From Myxococcota bacterium (lineage in GTDB: Bacteria > Myxococcota_A > Polyangia > Polyangiales > Sandaracinaceae): 45,949 bases of DNA. The stretch lies in contig JAYZQJ010000186.1 in NCBI GenBank assembly GCA_036149055.1, positions 1-45,949 on the forward strand, read 5' to 3'. Made by a program: the position numbers and the translations under genes. The notes under the pieces are model-generated. The model was not told the DNA's origin. It saw nothing but the letters and a program-made list of their open reading frames with translations, and did not search any database. This document shows, in pieces, positions 43,535 through 45,949 of the stretch (position 1 is the first letter of the stretch; each line of letters starts with the position of its first letter).

Positions 43535-44326
43535 ATGGACAACATCGATGTCACTTCCTACGTCACCCGCGCCCGCTTCAGCGCCATGCGCGGGCTCTTC
43601 ATCGCGCGCGCCCTCCTGGACGCCGCCCCGCCCAACCCGAGCGACCGCATCCACCGCGCGCTCGTCTACATCCGCGAGACCGGGGAGCAGCTCCGGCTCG
43701 CGGTCGACGAACGAGCGACATCATCGCCAAGCAACATGCGCAAACTCGACGCCACCCTCGACGCGGGGTGGCTCTGCCTGCGCGGGGCCCTGGAGGCCCT
43801 CGCCCGCCTCGTCGGCACCGACGCCGGCAACCGCGCGGCCGCCATCCACAGCCAGGTCTTCCCGAACGACGGTGAGTTCCTGCGCTTCACCTACCCCGAC
43901 CAGTGGGCCGGCAGCGACCTCGCCCTCACCCGCATCGCCGAGCGCGACCTCGAGGAGGCCATCAACGAGCTGGTCGGCCCCGAGGTCCTCCCCTACATCC
44001 GCTCCGCGCACGAGGCCTTCGGCACCGCCCTCGGCCTGAACGCCAACACCCCCAAGCCCCAGGACTCCGCCGCCCTCCGCAAGGCGATCGGTGACCTCTC
44101 CTTCGCCATCGCCGAGTACGCCCGCCTCATGGCCGGCGAGCTCGACCGCACCGACGCCGAGAGCCGCGAGCGCTTCCTCAGCGCGATGTCCCCCATCGAC
44201 GCGCAGCGCGCCCGCAACCGCCGTGACCGCGACACCAGCTCGCCGGAGCCCACCGACACCGACGAGCCCGTCGTGAACCTCGACGAGCCCATGCCCGAGC
44301 TCGACGAGCCGACCCCCCAGGCCTGA
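43535..44326 (+). CDS. Hypothetical alpha-helical protein (263 aa) of unknown function
   Basis: GGAGG RBS; very strong C/G third-position bias; amphipathic helices; acidic Pro-rich tail. Confidence 0.85.
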   Translation: MDNIDVTSYVTRARFSAMRGLFIARALLDAAPPNPSDRIHRALVYIRETGEQLRLAVDERATSSPSNMRKLDATLDAGWLCLRGALEALARLVGTDAGNRAAAIHSQVFPNDGEFLRFTYPDQWAGSDLALTRIAERDLEEAINELVGPEVLPYIRSAHEAFGTALGLNANTPKPQDSAALRKAIGDLSFAIAEYARLMAGELDRTDAESRERFLSAMSPIDAQRARNRRDRDTSSPEPTDTDEPVVNLDEPMPELDEPTPQA

Positions 44327-44343
44327 TCGAGCTCGCACTCACC

Positions 44344-44379
44344 GAGGCCCCGCCGGAGCACCCGCTCCAGCGGGGCCTC
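44344..44379. terminator. GC-rich hairpin between convergent genes
   Basis: GAGGCCCCGCCGGAGC-accc-GCTCCAGCGGGGCCTC; no U-tract. Confidence 0.55.
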
Positions 44380-44446
44380 ACCTCGTTACGGGCACGGAGC
44401 TGGCTGCCGCGGCGAGCTGAAGGTGGCGGTGCCTGGAACGTCCGGC

Positions 44447-45340
44447 TCAGGAATCGTTCGGAAGCACTGTGACCGGCAGCCACTGAGCCATTCTTGCGGT
44501 CGGCCCTGTCTCCTCAGGCGAGAGAGTTCGGGTGACGGGAATCGCTTGCTCCAGTCGGTATGCGTGCCGGGATGTGTATTCCACCAGCCAGTGGAGGTCC
44601 TCCGTCGACGTGCGTACACCCGCGTCTCGGACCAGGGTGGCGACCTGAAGTTCATCTACGAGCGAGAACCCCAAACCCGCCGTTACCAGGCCATCGAGAA
44701 GGGTCGCGGTTAACTCGCCCCGATCGTCGGCGTTGGCCGTGATAGTGCGAAACGCGCTCTCAGGATCGAAGCGCTCCCAGGTCTCGATGCCGCGCGCGGA
44801 GGCGAAGACGTGCTTCGCCATATGCCTCACCCAAAGGAGTGCACGGTGGGCATGTTGGATGCGTTCGCCTATCGACGCATGAGCCGCACCGGCCCGCGCC
44901 AACGCCGCTCGTGTCGCCGGATTCTCGACGAAAGGCTCCATCGTGATTCTCGAGTAGTCCGCGCCGCAGGCCGTGACCGCCTCACGCAAGCATTCTTCCG
45001 CCGCGGCGCTCAGGGCGCCGAGCTGGGGCACCGTGGGCGCCACGCCTTCGTGCTGTGCCGCGTTGCGAACTTCGCGGTGCGGCAGGAAGCCCGCGCCCGC
45101 CGGCACCCAGGTCGCGGTCTTCTTGGCCAACTTCTGGAAGCTGAGGAACCCGCCGCCGTGAGCGCCATGGTGAGAGAGAACCGCCTTGAGCGCAGTCTCC
45201 ACCGCCTGGTCCATCAACAGCGCGGCCTGAATGCGCCCCGCGCCATCGCCGCGGGTCTTGAGACCGTCGCCGTCGATGAGCCCCTGCTTGGCTGCGAGAA
45301 GCCGCTCCGCTGTCGACGCAGCCATCGCGCCCGTCGTCAT
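44447..45340 (-). CDS. HEPN-domain protein
   Basis: ALLMDQAVETALKA, SFQKL and Rx4H motif RNAAQH; ATG overlaps upstream stop (ATGA). Confidence 0.65.
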   Translation of the reverse strand: MTTGAMAASTAERLLAAKQGLIDGDGLKTRGDGAGRIQAALLMDQAVETALKAVLSHHGAHGGGFLSFQKLAKKTATWVPAGAGFLPHREVRNAAQHEGVAPTVPQLGALSAAAEECLREAVTACGADYSRITMEPFVENPATRAALARAGAAHASIGERIQHAHRALLWVRHMAKHVFASARGIETWERFDPESAFRTITANADDRGELTATLLDGLVTAGLGFSLVDELQVATLVRDAGVRTSTEDLHWLVEYTSRHAYRLEQAIPVTRTLSPEETGPTARMAQWLPVTVLPNDS

Positions 45341-45924
45341 GACGTCCTCAGCATGAACGCGAGCTGGTCCAAGGTGAGAAGCGCGATCATAGCGCTCTTC
45401 GGCCCAAAGTCGTTTTCCGGCGCGACACCGTGGCTCACAGAGTGACGGCCCACCCCCTCGGGCGCATCCGCGTCGAAGCTCTTGAAGAAGACCCGACGCA
45501 AGTACTCCTCGAACCGATAGGGGTGGAGCAGACTGAACGGGTGGCGCTCCTCTCGCTGGTCGGTGGCAGCGGCTCGAGCCAGGGCGGCGGCGCTGTAGTT
45601 CCCTGGGTCCACCGTCCGCTTCCATGTCCGGAGGACGCCCTCGATGCGAGGATAGAGGAGGCCGGTCGCGCTGACGTAGTCTTCGGCCTCAAACCGCTCG
45701 ATTGCACATTCGAGTATGGTTTTGTGGCCCTCGAAGAGCGGCTGCTGGCGTGCGAGATCGCGAATGGCCGGGGTTGCCGCGCGCACCTCCGCGAGCATCT
45801 CGGCAACCAGCTCATCGAGGTCCTGGTGGTTCCGGAAACTCTGATCCGTCGCATTCCGGAAAATCTGAGCCCCCTCGGAGGAAGGGGCGCGGATGATGAT
45901 GCTGGCGATAGCGATGGCCGCCAT
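45337..45924 (-). CDS. HEPN-domain protein, probably 5'-truncated or partial
   Basis: AIERF...DYVSA..LLYPRIEGVLR and RHSVSHG; frame stays open to the window edge but the N-terminal ~35 codons look non-native. Confidence 0.55.
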   Translation of the reverse strand: MAAIAIASIIIRAPSSEGAQIFRNATDQSFRNHQDLDELVAEMLAEVRAATPAIRDLARQQPLFEGHKTILECAIERFEAEDYVSATGLLYPRIEGVLRTWKRTVDPGNYSAAALARAAATDQREERHPFSLLHPYRFEEYLRRVFFKSFDADAPEGVGRHSVSHGVAPENDFGPKSAMIALLTLDQLAFMLRTS

Positions 45925-45949
45925 GATGCAGGCGGTGGAGGAAGGCGAC

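Overview
High-GC window whose gene content (Cys-rich lipoproteins, MYXO-CTERM protein, ECF sigma/anti-sigma module) points to a myxobacterium (inference). Bases 1-16.6 kb look like core or near-core genome: ECF module, AAC(3)-family acetyltransferase, RRM protein, fatty-acid desaturase, MYG1-like hydrolase, SGNH hydrolase, RuvC-like protein, AraC regulator, rluB and many lipoproteins. Three identical initiator tRNA-Met genes follow (16636, 19995, 20100). The first is followed by a ~1.8 kb insert bounded by a 12-bp direct repeat, with one probable winged-helix gene and a phased GACA-repeat/palindrome region. After the third tRNA comes a defence island. It holds a ~22 kb, nine-gene, tightly coupled minus-strand operon: YprA/DUF1998 helicase-nuclease, RelE-like-UvrD helicase, SNF2 helicase, N6-adenine MTase, STAS-GHKL-STAS protein, Mrr_N-McrB, McrC, PD-(D/E)xK nuclease and HEPN protein. 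Next is a divergent cassette: a degenerate ~81-bp (2 x ~40-bp) repeat array with TGACA-N3-TGTCA-type and CAGA/TCTG motifs in front of an unknown helical protein. Two more HEPN-type genes end the window. No integrase, cas gene or CRISPR array is visible. All calls come from motif reading by eye; no database search was run.
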